Below are positions 25,991-35,381 of a stretch of 51,258 bases of DNA, one piece after another. Both the position numbers and the translations under genes were made by a program. The stretch's first letter is position 1; each line of letters starts with the position of its first letter. The notes under the pieces were generated by a model. The model made no database searches. It had not been told where the DNA came from and saw only the letters and a program-made list of their open reading frames with translations. Source of the DNA: an uncultured Bacilli bacterium (lineage in GTDB: Bacteria > Bacillota_I > Bacilli_A > RF39 > UBA660); contig CAKOKM010000002.1 in NCBI GenBank assembly GCA_934091015.1, positions 1 through 51,258 on the forward strand, given 5' to 3'.

Positions 25991-28900
25991 ATGGATGATA
26001 AATTAATAAGATTCTTTAATAAAATTAATTTTGATGAGATAGATGATTTTGAGGGAGTAAAAGTTTCTAAAGTTGTTATAAATAAACAAAAAGAATCTTG
26101 GATAGTATATTTACAAAGTGATAAAGTTGTTAATCCAGAAGCAATGATAAAACTTATTAATAAAGCTAAAAATGGGATTGAAAATGTTAATACGATAGAT
26201 ATTAAGATAAATTATAGTAATATATTAGATGAAGATATTATTAAATATTTTAAATATTTTTTAGATCAAAAAGTTATTGATAATGTTTCTTTACAAAGTA
26301 TAATAAATAATGATTTTAAAGTAGAGAATAATGAAATAAGTGTAGAAGTTATTTCGAAGATGGAGGCTAATTTAATAAATTCTTTTAATGATGAATTTAG
26401 TAAGTATTTAAAGAATTTGGGATTATCTGAAGTTGAACTAGTTCCTATTATTAATGATGAAAAAAGAAAAGAAATAAAAGAAGAAATAGAAAACAGTAAA
26501 ACAGATATAATTGTTAATAAAGAACCTGAATTTAAAATTATTATGGGTGAAGAAATTAAATCTAAAAAGATTACTGAAATTAAAGATATTATTGGAGAAG
26601 AAAATAATGTTACAGTTGAAGCATATATTTTTGGAATAGAAGAATTTGTATCTAATAAGAGTAATTTTAAAATATTAACTTTGAAGATTAGTGATAAGAC
26701 TGATAGTATTTTAGCTAAAATATTTACAAGAGAAGAAGATGAATTTAATAAATATAAAGCTGGTTTAAAAGAAGGAAAATGGTATGCCTTTAGAGGGTAT
26801 GTTAAAAATGATACGTTTGCTAAGGATTTAGTGTTTAATGTAAGAGATATAGAGGAAATTCCTAGTAAAGATGATGAGTTTGTTGATGATGCTGAAGTTA
26901 AGAGAGTTGAATTACATGCTCATACAATGATGAGTCAAATGGATGGGGTTACTAAATTTGATTTAGATAAACATACATCAGAACTTGTTAGTAATGCGAT
27001 TAAATTTGGGTATAGAGGAGTTGCAATAACTGATCATGGTGGTTGTCAAGCATTCCCGATTTGTTATGAAATAATTAAAAATTATAATAAAGGAAAACCT
27101 AAAGAAGAACATTTTAAGGGGATTTATGGTACTGAACTTACATTAGTAGATGATTCGGCTGATATAACTTTTAGAGCTAAAGATGATGATTTAAGAAACA
27201 CTACTTATGTTGTATTTGATACAGAAACTACTGGTTTTAACGCTGGTGGTAAAGATCAAATGATTGAAATTGGTGCTGTAAAGATAGCAAATGGTGAAAT
27301 AATTGATAGATTTGATGAATTTATTAATCCAGGAAGACCACTTCCACAAAAGATAGTTGATTTAACATGTATTACTGATGATGATTTAGCTGGTGCCGAT
27401 AATGAAGAAAATGTTACTAAACGATTTTTAGAGTGGGCAGAAGGACTTCCTATGGTTGCTCATAACGCAAAATTCGATATGTCATTTGTTGATATGGCTT
27501 GTAAAAAGTATGGATTACCGGAGTTTAGTAATACCGTTATTGATACATTAGAATTATCAAGAGCGTTAGATCCTGATTTAACTAGACATAGTTTGTCAGC
27601 GTTAGTTAAAAGATATGAAGTCCCTTGGAATGAAGATGCACATCATAGAGCTGATTATGATGCTGAGGGAACGGCTTATGTATTTTGGAAAATGTTGGAT
27701 CGTGTTCCAAAAGATACATATAAAACTATAAAGGATTTAGATAATTTAGTTTCTAAAGAAAATTTATATAAGTTTGGAGCAACACATCATTTTAATGCTT
27801 TAGTTTTAAATCAAAAAGGATTAAAGAATTTATTTAAAATTGTTTCTTTAGCGAATACAACATATTACTTTAAGTGTCCTAGAATTCCGAGAAGTGTATT
27901 ACAGGAGTTAAGAGAAGGATTATTAATTGGTAGTGGATGCTTTGATTCAGAAATATTTAAAGAAGCAAGAAGAAAAGATAAAGAAGAATTAACTAATTTA
28001 ATTAATTTCTATGATTACGTTGAGGTGCAACCACCAGATGTTTATTCTCATTTAGTTGATACAGGAGATTTTTCTTCTAATGCAGAGTTAATTGGAAACA
28101 TTATGAAGGTAGTAGATGCAGTTAGAGACGCTGGCAAAATAATGGTGGCTACTGGGGATGTTCATCATTTTTATAAAGAAGATAAAATATTTAGACAAAT
28201 AATTCTTGATACAAAAGCCAATTTTGGAAAACATCATTTAGCTAAGTCTAGTATAAAAGAAATACCTTCACAACATTATAGAACAACAAATGAAATGCTA
28301 GAAAATTTTAACTTTTTAGATAAAGATGTTGCTTATGAAATTGTTGTTACTAACACAAATAAAATATGCGATATGATTGATGAAATAGAAGTTATTCCCG
28401 ATACTGGTGGAACACCATTTTCACCTAGAGTAAAAGCCGATGATGGTAAAACTTATTTAGATTGTCCTAGAGTTGTAACTGACTTAGTTTATGGTAGAGC
28501 AACTGATTGGTATGGAGATCCCCTTCCTTTATTAATTGAAGAACGTATCGCTAAAGAACTTTATGGAGAAACTGTTTATAAAGTTTGTCGTGAAAATTTA
28601 TTAAAAACACATAGTGAAGATGAACCTAATTTAAAAGAATTAATATTTAAAGATGTTCATGAAGTTATATTAAAGGGTGTAGATGCTGTTAAAGAGTTAG
28701 TTAGAAATAATATTAAAGAACATTTAGAAGAAGAAACTAGTGACGAAGAGATTGAACAAATGTTAAAGAAATCACTTGGTGGAGTAATTGGTGCAGGTTT
28801 CGATCCAATTTACTTAATTGCCCAAAGATTAGTTAAACACTCTAATGATGAAGGTTTCTTAGTTGGTTCAAGAGGTTCAGTAGGTTCATCATTTGTCGCA

Positions 28901-30574
28901 ACTATGATGGGTATTACTGAAGTTAATTCACTTGCGGCACATTACCGCTGTTTAAAATGTAAAACAAGTATTTTTAATGATGAAAATGGTAAACCACTTG
29001 GTGCTACTTATTCATGTGGTATTGATTTACCAGAAAAGAAATGTCCTAATTGCGGGGAAGATATGTATAGAGATGGACATGATATTCCATTTGAAACTTT
29101 CTTAGGATTCAATGCCGATAAAGTTCCAGATATCGACTTAAACTTTTCTGATTTAAATCAAGCATCTGCTCATGAATATACTAAAGTACTATTTGGTGTT
29201 GATAATGTATATCGTGCTGGTACTATTGGTACAGTTGCTGAAAAAACGGCTTTTGGTTTTGTAAAAGGTTATATGGAAGATAAAGGAATTATGATGCGTA
29301 CTCCGGAAATAGAACGTTTAGCTAAAGGCGTTACAGGAGTTAAGAGAACTACTGGACAACATCCCGGTGGAATTGTAGTTGTTCCTGATTATAAAGAAGT
29401 TTATGATTTTACTCCATTTCAATATCCAGCAGAAGATGTTAATAATGCTTGGAGAACAACTCACTTTGGATACCATTCAATTGAAGAATGTCTACTTAAA
29501 TTAGATATTTTAGGTCATACCGATCCAACTCAACTTAGAATTATTCAAGAACAAACGGGAATTGATGTTAGTAAAATACCTTTATCGGATCCTGAAACTA
29601 TGAGTATTTTCTCATCAACTAAAGCGTTAGGTGTAACTAACGAACAGATTTTAGCTCTTACTGGTACTTTAGGTATTCCGGAATTTGGTACTAACTTTAC
29701 CATTGGAATGGTTGATGAAATTAAGCCTAAAACATTTGCTGAACTTGTTAAAATTGCGGGACTATCACATGGGACTGATGTATGGCTTGGTAATGCGAGA
29801 GATTTAATTATTAATAATGTTGTTCCATTTAGTGAAGTTATTGGTTGTCGTGACGATATTATGATTTACTTAATGTATCATGGAGTAGAACCTATTAAAG
29901 CATTTAAAATAATGGAATTTGTACGTAAAGGTAAAGCAAGTAAACCAAAAGAAAAAGATACTTGGGAATCTTATAAAAAGATAATGCAAGACGCTAATAT
30001 TCCAGAATGGTTTATTGATTCATGTAATAAGATTAAATATATGTTCCCTAAAGCTCATGCTGCTGCATATGTAGTAAGTGCCTTTAGAATTGCTTGGATT
30101 AAAGTACATAAACCAGTATATTTTTATTCATCTTGGTTATCATGTAAAGCGACTGATTTTGATGTTGAAACGATGATGAAAGGATATGATGCAATTAAAG
30201 CAAGAGTAGAAGAAATTCAAAATAAAGGATTTAACGCTACTACTAAGGAACTAGGACTTCTTGAATGCTTAAAAGTATGTTTAGAAGCATCAGCTAGAGG
30301 AATAAAATTTGCTAAAATAGATTTATATAAAAGTGATTGGAAAGTATGGCAAGTTGCTGATGAACATACAATAATTCCATCTTTCTTATCAGTAGATGGA
30401 CTTGGCGAGACTGTTGCTAAGAATATTGTCAACGAAAGAAATAAAGGTAAGTTTGTAAGTATTGAAGACTTTCAATCAAGAGCAAAAGTATCTGGAACAA
30501 TTGTAGATAAGTTAAAAACAATTGATGTTTTAGAAAATATGCCGGAATCTTCACAATTAAGTTTATTTGATTAA
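25991..30574 (+). CDS. polC: DNA polymerase III PolC-type alpha subunit
   Basis: 1527 aa. Contains a PHP domain, the internal DnaQ-like exonuclease (VVFDTETTG, HNAKFD), a zinc-finger Cys pair and the polymerase core. Confidence 0.95.
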   Translation: MDDKLIRFFNKINFDEIDDFEGVKVSKVVINKQKESWIVYLQSDKVVNPEAMIKLINKAKNGIENVNTIDIKINYSNILDEDIIKYFKYFLDQKVIDNVSLQSIINNDFKVENNEISVEVISKMEANLINSFNDEFSKYLKNLGLSEVELVPIINDEKRKEIKEEIENSKTDIIVNKEPEFKIIMGEEIKSKKITEIKDIIGEENNVTVEAYIFGIEEFVSNKSNFKILTLKISDKTDSILAKIFTREEDEFNKYKAGLKEGKWYAFRGYVKNDTFAKDLVFNVRDIEEIPSKDDEFVDDAEVKRVELHAHTMMSQMDGVTKFDLDKHTSELVSNAIKFGYRGVAITDHGGCQAFPICYEIIKNYNKGKPKEEHFKGIYGTELTLVDDSADITFRAKDDDLRNTTYVVFDTETTGFNAGGKDQMIEIGAVKIANGEIIDRFDEFINPGRPLPQKIVDLTCITDDDLAGADNEENVTKRFLEWAEGLPMVAHNAKFDMSFVDMACKKYGLPEFSNTVIDTLELSRALDPDLTRHSLSALVKRYEVPWNEDAHHRADYDAEGTAYVFWKMLDRVPKDTYKTIKDLDNLVSKENLYKFGATHHFNALVLNQKGLKNLFKIVSLANTTYYFKCPRIPRSVLQELREGLLIGSGCFDSEIFKEARRKDKEELTNLINFYDYVEVQPPDVYSHLVDTGDFSSNAELIGNIMKVVDAVRDAGKIMVATGDVHHFYKEDKIFRQIILDTKANFGKHHLAKSSIKEIPSQHYRTTNEMLENFNFLDKDVAYEIVVTNTNKICDMIDEIEVIPDTGGTPFSPRVKADDGKTYLDCPRVVTDLVYGRATDWYGDPLPLLIEERIAKELYGETVYKVCRENLLKTHSEDEPNLKELIFKDVHEVILKGVDAVKELVRNNIKEHLEEETSDEEIEQMLKKSLGGVIGAGFDPIYLIAQRLVKHSNDEGFLVGSRGSVGSSFVATMMGITEVNSLAAHYRCLKCKTSIFNDENGKPLGATYSCGIDLPEKKCPNCGEDMYRDGHDIPFETFLGFNADKVPDIDLNFSDLNQASAHEYTKVLFGVDNVYRAGTIGTVAEKTAFGFVKGYMEDKGIMMRTPEIERLAKGVTGVKRTTGQHPGGIVVVPDYKEVYDFTPFQYPAEDVNNAWRTTHFGYHSIEECLLKLDILGHTDPTQLRIIQEQTGIDVSKIPLSDPETMSIFSSTKALGVTNEQILALTGTLGIPEFGTNFTIGMVDEIKPKTFAELVKIAGLSHGTDVWLGNARDLIINNVVPFSEVIGCRDDIMIYLMYHGVEPIKAFKIMEFVRKGKASKPKEKDTWESYKKIMQDANIPEWFIDSCNKIKYMFPKAHAAAYVVSAFRIAWIKVHKPVYFYSSWLSCKATDFDVETMMKGYDAIKARVEEIQNKGFNATTKELGLLECLKVCLEASARGIKFAKIDLYKSDWKVWQVADEHTIIPSFLSVDGLGETVAKNIVNERNKGKFVSIEDFQSRAKVSGTIVDKLKTIDVLENMPESSQLSLFD

Positions 30575-30599
30575 AAAAATATCGTGATTAAAAAAATAT

Positions 30600-30630
30600 G
30601 GTTTTATGTTATTTACATAAAACCTTTTTT
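30600..30630 (+). terminator. rho-independent terminator of polC
   Basis: GGTTTTATG-ttattta-CATAAAACC followed by TTTTTT. Confidence 0.7.
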
Positions 30631-30663
30631 AAGGTAAAATTATATAAGATAGGTGGCATGTGT

Positions 30664-33048
30664 ATGAACACTGAAATGAATAAAAAGAAAATTATTATGT
30701 TATTAATCATGTTTGGATTAGTTTTATCAATAATTATGGGAGTAACTTTTTCTTATTTGTTACCAATAATTAATAATGTAGAAACAGATTCAACAGTTGT
30801 ATTTAATGCAGGAATTATATCAGCAACATATGAAAATGGAAGTAATCAAATAGTTTCAAGTGAAGTACTACCTGGCTGGTCAGAAACAAAAACATTTAGT
30901 TTAACAGCAGTAAATTCAACAACAATTAGAAAAGCTGGAGCTATGAATTATTCACTAAAACTAATAGTAGATTCAAATACATTTAGTGATAACTCAATAG
31001 CAGTATCATTAAAAAGTACAAATACATCAAATAATGGAACCCCAGCAGAGATGATATCAGGAACATTGTTAAGTGGACCAAGTGAAGTAAGTTTAGGATT
31101 TGGATCATTTGATGCAACACAGGAAATAGGAGAAGAAGGAGTAACACATGATTTTGAGTTAAAACTTTCATTTCCAGAACAATATAGAAGTCAAAATAAT
31201 GACATGGATAAATCCATTGCAGCACATGTAGTAGTAGAAAGAGCAAATGATTTAGGAAACTTAACAATAGTAGATAATTATGAAAGTTATAATAAAACAA
31301 TAAATATAGAAAAGAATAAAGAAGTAAATTTATTAAGTTTATATAGTTATCCAATAAAGAAAACATATTCAATCATAAGTGGAGAAGGAACAATTAATTC
31401 AAATAAATTAACATTAAAAAGTGATGAAATGAAAGTATCAATAAATTATCCATCAGTATCAGATACAATAGCAGATTTAGATAAAGAAACAAATGGATTA
31501 GAAGAAGATGATACAGCAGATAAAAACTTAAGATATGTAGGTGCAAGTCCAAAAAATTACATTACTTTTAATGATGAAACATGGAGAATAATAGGCATAT
31601 TTAATGTATTTAATGTTGAAACTAATACAACTGAAAAACTTGTAAAAATAGTAAGAAATGATTCACTAGGAGATTATTCATGGGATAGTTCAGATTCATC
31701 AAAAAATAATGGCTACGGAATCAATGAATGGAGTCAAGCCGATTTAATGAACGAATTAAATACTGATTATATAAATCCAAATCCAACAAGTGAAACAACA
31801 GAATGGTTTAATGGACGAAATAATGCAAAAAATGGATCATACAATTATAGTAATAATATGAAAAGTACTTCAATGGATAAAATAGCCAAAGTAAGATGGA
31901 ACTTAGGCGGTTATTCAACATCACAAGTTACTGCGTTAAATATGTATAATGCTGAAAGAGGAACATTACATATAAGTAATCCATCAGATGAAACAACAAG
32001 AACCAACACATGGGATGGAAAAATAGCATTAATATATCCAAGTGATTATGGCTATGCCTCAACGGATACAACATGTAGAGGAGATTTAATGTCATCTGAT
32101 TCTAATTATAAAGGATATTGTAAAAATGAAAACTGGTTATTTAACGGTGCATATCAATGGACTTTGTCCCCTAGTTCTGGCAATGCGAGTAATGTGTTCT
32201 ATGTCGATTCGGACGGGTATGTCGGCAGCGGCAGTGCGATCAACGCTATTGGTGTGCGTCCGGCCCTTTTCTTAAAATCTGATGTAGTTGTAACAAGTGG
32301 AACTGGTGATGAAAAAGATCCATATAAAATTTCTTCACGAGCATCATTTGCAAATGACGCATGGGAAACAATAGCAAATAACGTTAAATCAGAAAAATCA
32401 TATTTATATAATATCGGCGATGAAAAAGAAGTAGAAATAGGTGGAACAAATTATACTGTACGTGTTGCCAATAACACCACACCAAGTGATTGTAATAAAG
32501 ATGATTTTTCCCAGACAGCCTGTGGATTTGTAGTAGAGTTTGTTGATATTGTAGAAAATAGAAAAATGAATAGTACTGATACCAATGTAGGTGGCTGGCC
32601 AGCAACAGCAATGAGAACATACTTAAACGACGAGTTTTATAATAGTTTACCAGAAGATTTAAGAAATGTGATAGCAGATACCAAAGTAATATCAGGACAT
32701 GGAAAAAGTGATACAAGTAATTTTCCATCAACTGATAAAATATATTTATTAAGTGGACATGAAATATATGAAGATGCATCACCAACAACGTCATCATTAT
32801 CAGCAAGAGATACAGCCTATAATAATACAAGACAATTAGATTATTATAAGAATAAAGGAGTAACAACAAGAAGCTATTTAGAAACTAGAAAGAAACCACT
32901 AGGCTCTAGTTCTTATGATTGGTGGTGGCTGCGCGCGGCTAATTCCAGCAGTGACGATAATTTCCTAAGTGTTGGTAGCGACGGCGACTGGAACATCATT
33001 AATGCTAGCGATTCAAGTGGCGTTTCTCCAGCTTTCCGTATCGGATAA
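30664..33048 (+). CDS. secreted protein with two C-terminal-type 'W-x-L ... G-V-[RS]-P-A' modules
   Basis: ATG lies 7 nt after AGGTGG. N-terminal signal/anchor (KKKIIMLLIMFGLVLSIIMGVTFSY, like a SipW-type signal). The two homologous module ends fall at 32158-32271 and 32920-33045. Confidence 0.8.
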   Translation: MNTEMNKKKIIMLLIMFGLVLSIIMGVTFSYLLPIINNVETDSTVVFNAGIISATYENGSNQIVSSEVLPGWSETKTFSLTAVNSTTIRKAGAMNYSLKLIVDSNTFSDNSIAVSLKSTNTSNNGTPAEMISGTLLSGPSEVSLGFGSFDATQEIGEEGVTHDFELKLSFPEQYRSQNNDMDKSIAAHVVVERANDLGNLTIVDNYESYNKTINIEKNKEVNLLSLYSYPIKKTYSIISGEGTINSNKLTLKSDEMKVSINYPSVSDTIADLDKETNGLEEDDTADKNLRYVGASPKNYITFNDETWRIIGIFNVFNVETNTTEKLVKIVRNDSLGDYSWDSSDSSKNNGYGINEWSQADLMNELNTDYINPNPTSETTEWFNGRNNAKNGSYNYSNNMKSTSMDKIAKVRWNLGGYSTSQVTALNMYNAERGTLHISNPSDETTRTNTWDGKIALIYPSDYGYASTDTTCRGDLMSSDSNYKGYCKNENWLFNGAYQWTLSPSSGNASNVFYVDSDGYVGSGSAINAIGVRPALFLKSDVVVTSGTGDEKDPYKISSRASFANDAWETIANNVKSEKSYLYNIGDEKEVEIGGTNYTVRVANNTTPSDCNKDDFSQTACGFVVEFVDIVENRKMNSTDTNVGGWPATAMRTYLNDEFYNSLPEDLRNVIADTKVISGHGKSDTSNFPSTDKIYLLSGHEIYEDASPTTSSLSARDTAYNNTRQLDYYKNKGVTTRSYLETRKKPLGSSSYDWWWLRAANSSSDDNFLSVGSDGDWNIINASDSSGVSPAFRIG
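32158..32271 (+). other. adenine-depleted NNY-codon island 1 (DGR variable-region-like)
   Basis: 38 codons with no third-position A. Only 17 A in total, all in NNY codons. Confidence 0.5.
32920..33045 (+). other. adenine-depleted NNY-codon island 2 at the C-terminus (DGR variable-region-like)
   Basis: 42 codons. Third-position A appears in only four, all 4-fold-degenerate (cta, tca, cca, gga). Includes the run aat tcc agc agt gac gat aat. Confidence 0.5.
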
Positions 33049-33096
33049 TAATGTAAACTAAATGTAAAGCAAGAAATAATATAATTAAGCAGGGAT

Positions 33097-33207
33097 AGGA
33101 AAATCGTTTCCTAGAGGGCCGTTCCTGCGAGCGAAAGCGAGTAAAATAGACGGCCCATAAGATAAAAAAATAAATCCCATCTGATTGACGTAAGGAAATC
33201 AGATGGG
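33097..33207 (+). other. cluster of three stable hairpins in the 3' region of the secreted-protein gene
   Basis: AGGAAA-atcg-TTTCCT (33097-33112); GGGCCGT-n27-ACGGCCC with an internal GAAA loop (33116-33156); CCCATCTGATT-n10-AATCAGATGGG (33176-33207). Confidence 0.5.
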
Positions 33208-33429
33208 TACATAAAGTATTATGAAAGATAAATATAATAAAATAATAAGAAATGTTTATAAAGATAGTTTTAATATAAAGTGTGGCTCTAGAATTTCTAG
33301 TGGGGAGTTTTTATAAGAAAACTTCGTGTTTTAGTGGGGAGATATTTTAATAGATATCTTTCTTTTTTTGGTTAAATAATCGTTATTAATTAAATCTAGG
33401 TTAAAACATATAATTAATTGGTGATGCAT

Positions 33430-33663
33430 ATGCTAGATATAATTAATAGTGCATTAAGAAATAATAATTATTATATTTGTTTGTATAAAAATAATATTTA
33501 TCTTTATAACTATATAGATATATTGTCTTTTGATAATAATTTGATAATGATTAAATTTGATAATTTTAATTTAAAAATTAAAGGAAGCAATATGTTAATA
33601 AAACATATGCAAGAAAAAGAATTAATTATTTCTGGTAATATTGTAGGAGTATCCTATGAATAA
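33430..33663 (+). CDS. yqfC: sporulation protein YqfC
   Basis: Small ORF immediately upstream of and overlapping yqfD. Start placed 5 nt after GGTGA. Confidence 0.7.
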   Translation: MLDIINSALRNNNYYICLYKNNIYLYNYIDILSFDNNLIMIKFDNFNLKIKGSNMLIKHMQEKELIISGNIVGVSYE

Positions 33664-34792
33664 AATTATTAAGATAGAAGTTAATGATAATATTAATAGA
33701 TTTATAAATAAATGTATTAATAATAAAATATATATTACAAATATAAATTATATTAATGATAATAAAATTACTTGTGATATTAATAGTGTTGATTATAAAA
33801 AAGTTAAAAAAATAAATTATTATTCTAAGATTAAAATTATAGATTATATTGGGTTTTATAAAATTAAAGAATTAATAAAAAATAATATATTTTTAATAAT
33901 TATATTTATGTTGTCTTTTGGATTAATGGATATAATAACTAGTTATATAGTAGATATAGAGGTTATTCATTCTTCCTCTAGTATTCGTAAGTTAATATAT
34001 AAAGAATTAGATAATAATAATATTAAGAAATATTCTTTTGCTTATGATTTTAATGAGTTAGATAAAATTCAAAAAAATATTTTAAATAATAATAAAGATA
34101 GATTAGAATGGATAAGTATTACTAGAGATGGTATGAAGTATATTATTAGATGTGAAGAAAGAAAGATTAAAAATATTAACAAAGAAACTGGATATCGTCA
34201 TGTTATAGCTAAAAAAGATGCTTATATTACTAAGATAATTTCTACTAAGGGTGAAAATGTTGTTAGAAGTGGGGAATATGTTAAAAAAGGTGATTTATTA
34301 ATTAGTGGAGAAATTAAGTTATATGATGCAGTTAAGGGAGATACTTTAGCAACTGGATCAGTTTATGGTAATGTTTGGTATAATGTTAATATAAGTGTTC
34401 CAAAAGAAGAACCTAGAAGAGAGTTTACTGGTAAAAAAAGATTTAATTTAAATATTAATGATAAAATATTTCTTAAAAATAAATATAAGTATTTTACTCA
34501 AGATAATATTAGAGAAATTAAGTTTTTAGGATTAAAAATTAAAATTTATAAAGAGAAAGAATATGTTAATAAAAAGTATATTTTAAGTGATGAAGAGATT
34601 GAAAATTTAGTAAATAATAAGATAAAAGAAAAATTTAATAATATTGGAACAATTAGTAGTCAAAAAGTTTTGAAAAAAGAGATAAATAATAGTACAATAG
34701 ATTATAGAGTATTTGTTATTTGTAATGAACTTATTAGTGAATATAAATACTATGAAAAGAGTGATGCTAATGATACCCAAAGCAGCAATTGA
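33656..34792 (+). CDS. yqfD: sporulation protein YqfD (stage IV)
   Basis: 378 aa with one central TM segment. yqfC-yqfD synteny upstream of ybeY-dgkA-cdd-era-recO. Confidence 0.75.
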   Translation: MNKIIKIEVNDNINRFINKCINNKIYITNINYINDNKITCDINSVDYKKVKKINYYSKIKIIDYIGFYKIKELIKNNIFLIIIFMLSFGLMDIITSYIVDIEVIHSSSSIRKLIYKELDNNNIKKYSFAYDFNELDKIQKNILNNNKDRLEWISITRDGMKYIIRCEERKIKNINKETGYRHVIAKKDAYITKIISTKGENVVRSGEYVKKGDLLISGEIKLYDAVKGDTLATGSVYGNVWYNVNISVPKEEPRREFTGKKRFNLNINDKIFLKNKYKYFTQDNIREIKFLGLKIKIYKEKEYVNKKYILSDEEIENLVNNKIKEKFNNIGTISSQKVLKKEINNSTIDYRVFVICNELISEYKYYEKSDANDTQSSN

Positions 34793-35381
34793 TATAATAG
34801 TTGATTTATGGCCAATATTATTTTTATGCATAATAACTACTATATGTTTAAAAGTTGCGTATAGTTTAGCTAATCATACTAAATTAGAATTATATAAAGA
34901 GATGATTAATTTAGTATTTATTGCTTATGTTATTATGTTATTTAGTTTAGTTACTGCTACTGATTTTTCATCTTTTAGTAATAATTTTGTTCCTTTTAAA
35001 GAAATATTTAGATATAGTTTTAATTCTAAGTTATTTTATCGAAATGTGATTGGAAATGTTGCGATATTTGTACCTTTTGGATATTATGTTAATTATTATT
35101 GTAAGAGTAAAAATATAACTTATAGTTTACTTATTACTTTAATTGTTAGTACTACAATTGAAACTATACAGCTAACATTAGGAAGAAGTTTTGATATAGA
35201 TGATATAATTCTTAATGTATTAGGGGGATTTGTAGGATATCTTCTTTATAGATTTAGTGAATTTATATTTAAAAAGACTAGTGAAAAGGTTAAAAATGGT
35301 TTTTTATTAAATTTAATATGTATTTTAATAATTATAATACTTTTAGTAATAATACTTAGTTTATATGGAGTGGTAATATGA
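34764..35381 (+). CDS. VanZ-like membrane protein
   Basis: Motifs NVAIFVPFGYY and ETIQLTLGRSFDIDDIILNVLGGFVGY. Start chosen to minimise the overlap with yqfD. Confidence 0.7.
   Translation: MLMIPKAAIDIIVDLWPILFLCIITTICLKVAYSLANHTKLELYKEMINLVFIAYVIMLFSLVTATDFSSFSNNFVPFKEIFRYSFNSKLFYRNVIGNVAIFVPFGYYVNYYCKSKNITYSLLITLIVSTTIETIQLTLGRSFDIDDIILNVLGGFVGYLLYRFSEFIFKKTSEKVKNGFLLNLICILIIIILLVIILSLYGVVI

Noticed and set aside
25991-30574. An intein or other insertion to account for the long PolC (1527 aa).
   Set aside because: I saw no intein splice-junction or homing-endonuclease motifs. The extra length appears to be spread over the N-terminal and linker regions.
30983-31372. Several long antisense ORFs in the track: 30983-31372, 32384-32869, 41363-41665, 41846-42193, 42944-43267, 46525-47052, 15678-15917, 11968-12228, 14494-14691, 30217-30432, 37062-37253, 40204-40413 and 49920-50360.
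   Set aside because: All lie entirely inside well-supported genes on the opposite strand. They have low-complexity L/F/Y/I-rich translations typical of shadow frames in AT-rich DNA, and none has an RBS.
33116-33156. The GC hairpin with a GAAA loop as a group II intron domain V remnant.
   Set aside because: The internal pairing is poor, there is no AGC-triad or bulge geometry, and no intron-encoded protein or other intron domains are nearby.
30664-33417. A complete DGR cassette (RT, Avd, template repeat) in this window.
   Set aside because: No ORF in the six-frame track shows reverse-transcriptase motifs, and I found no A-rich near-copy of either island in the intergenic regions. Only the target-side signature is present, so the DGR call stays a hypothesis that needs the rest of the genome.
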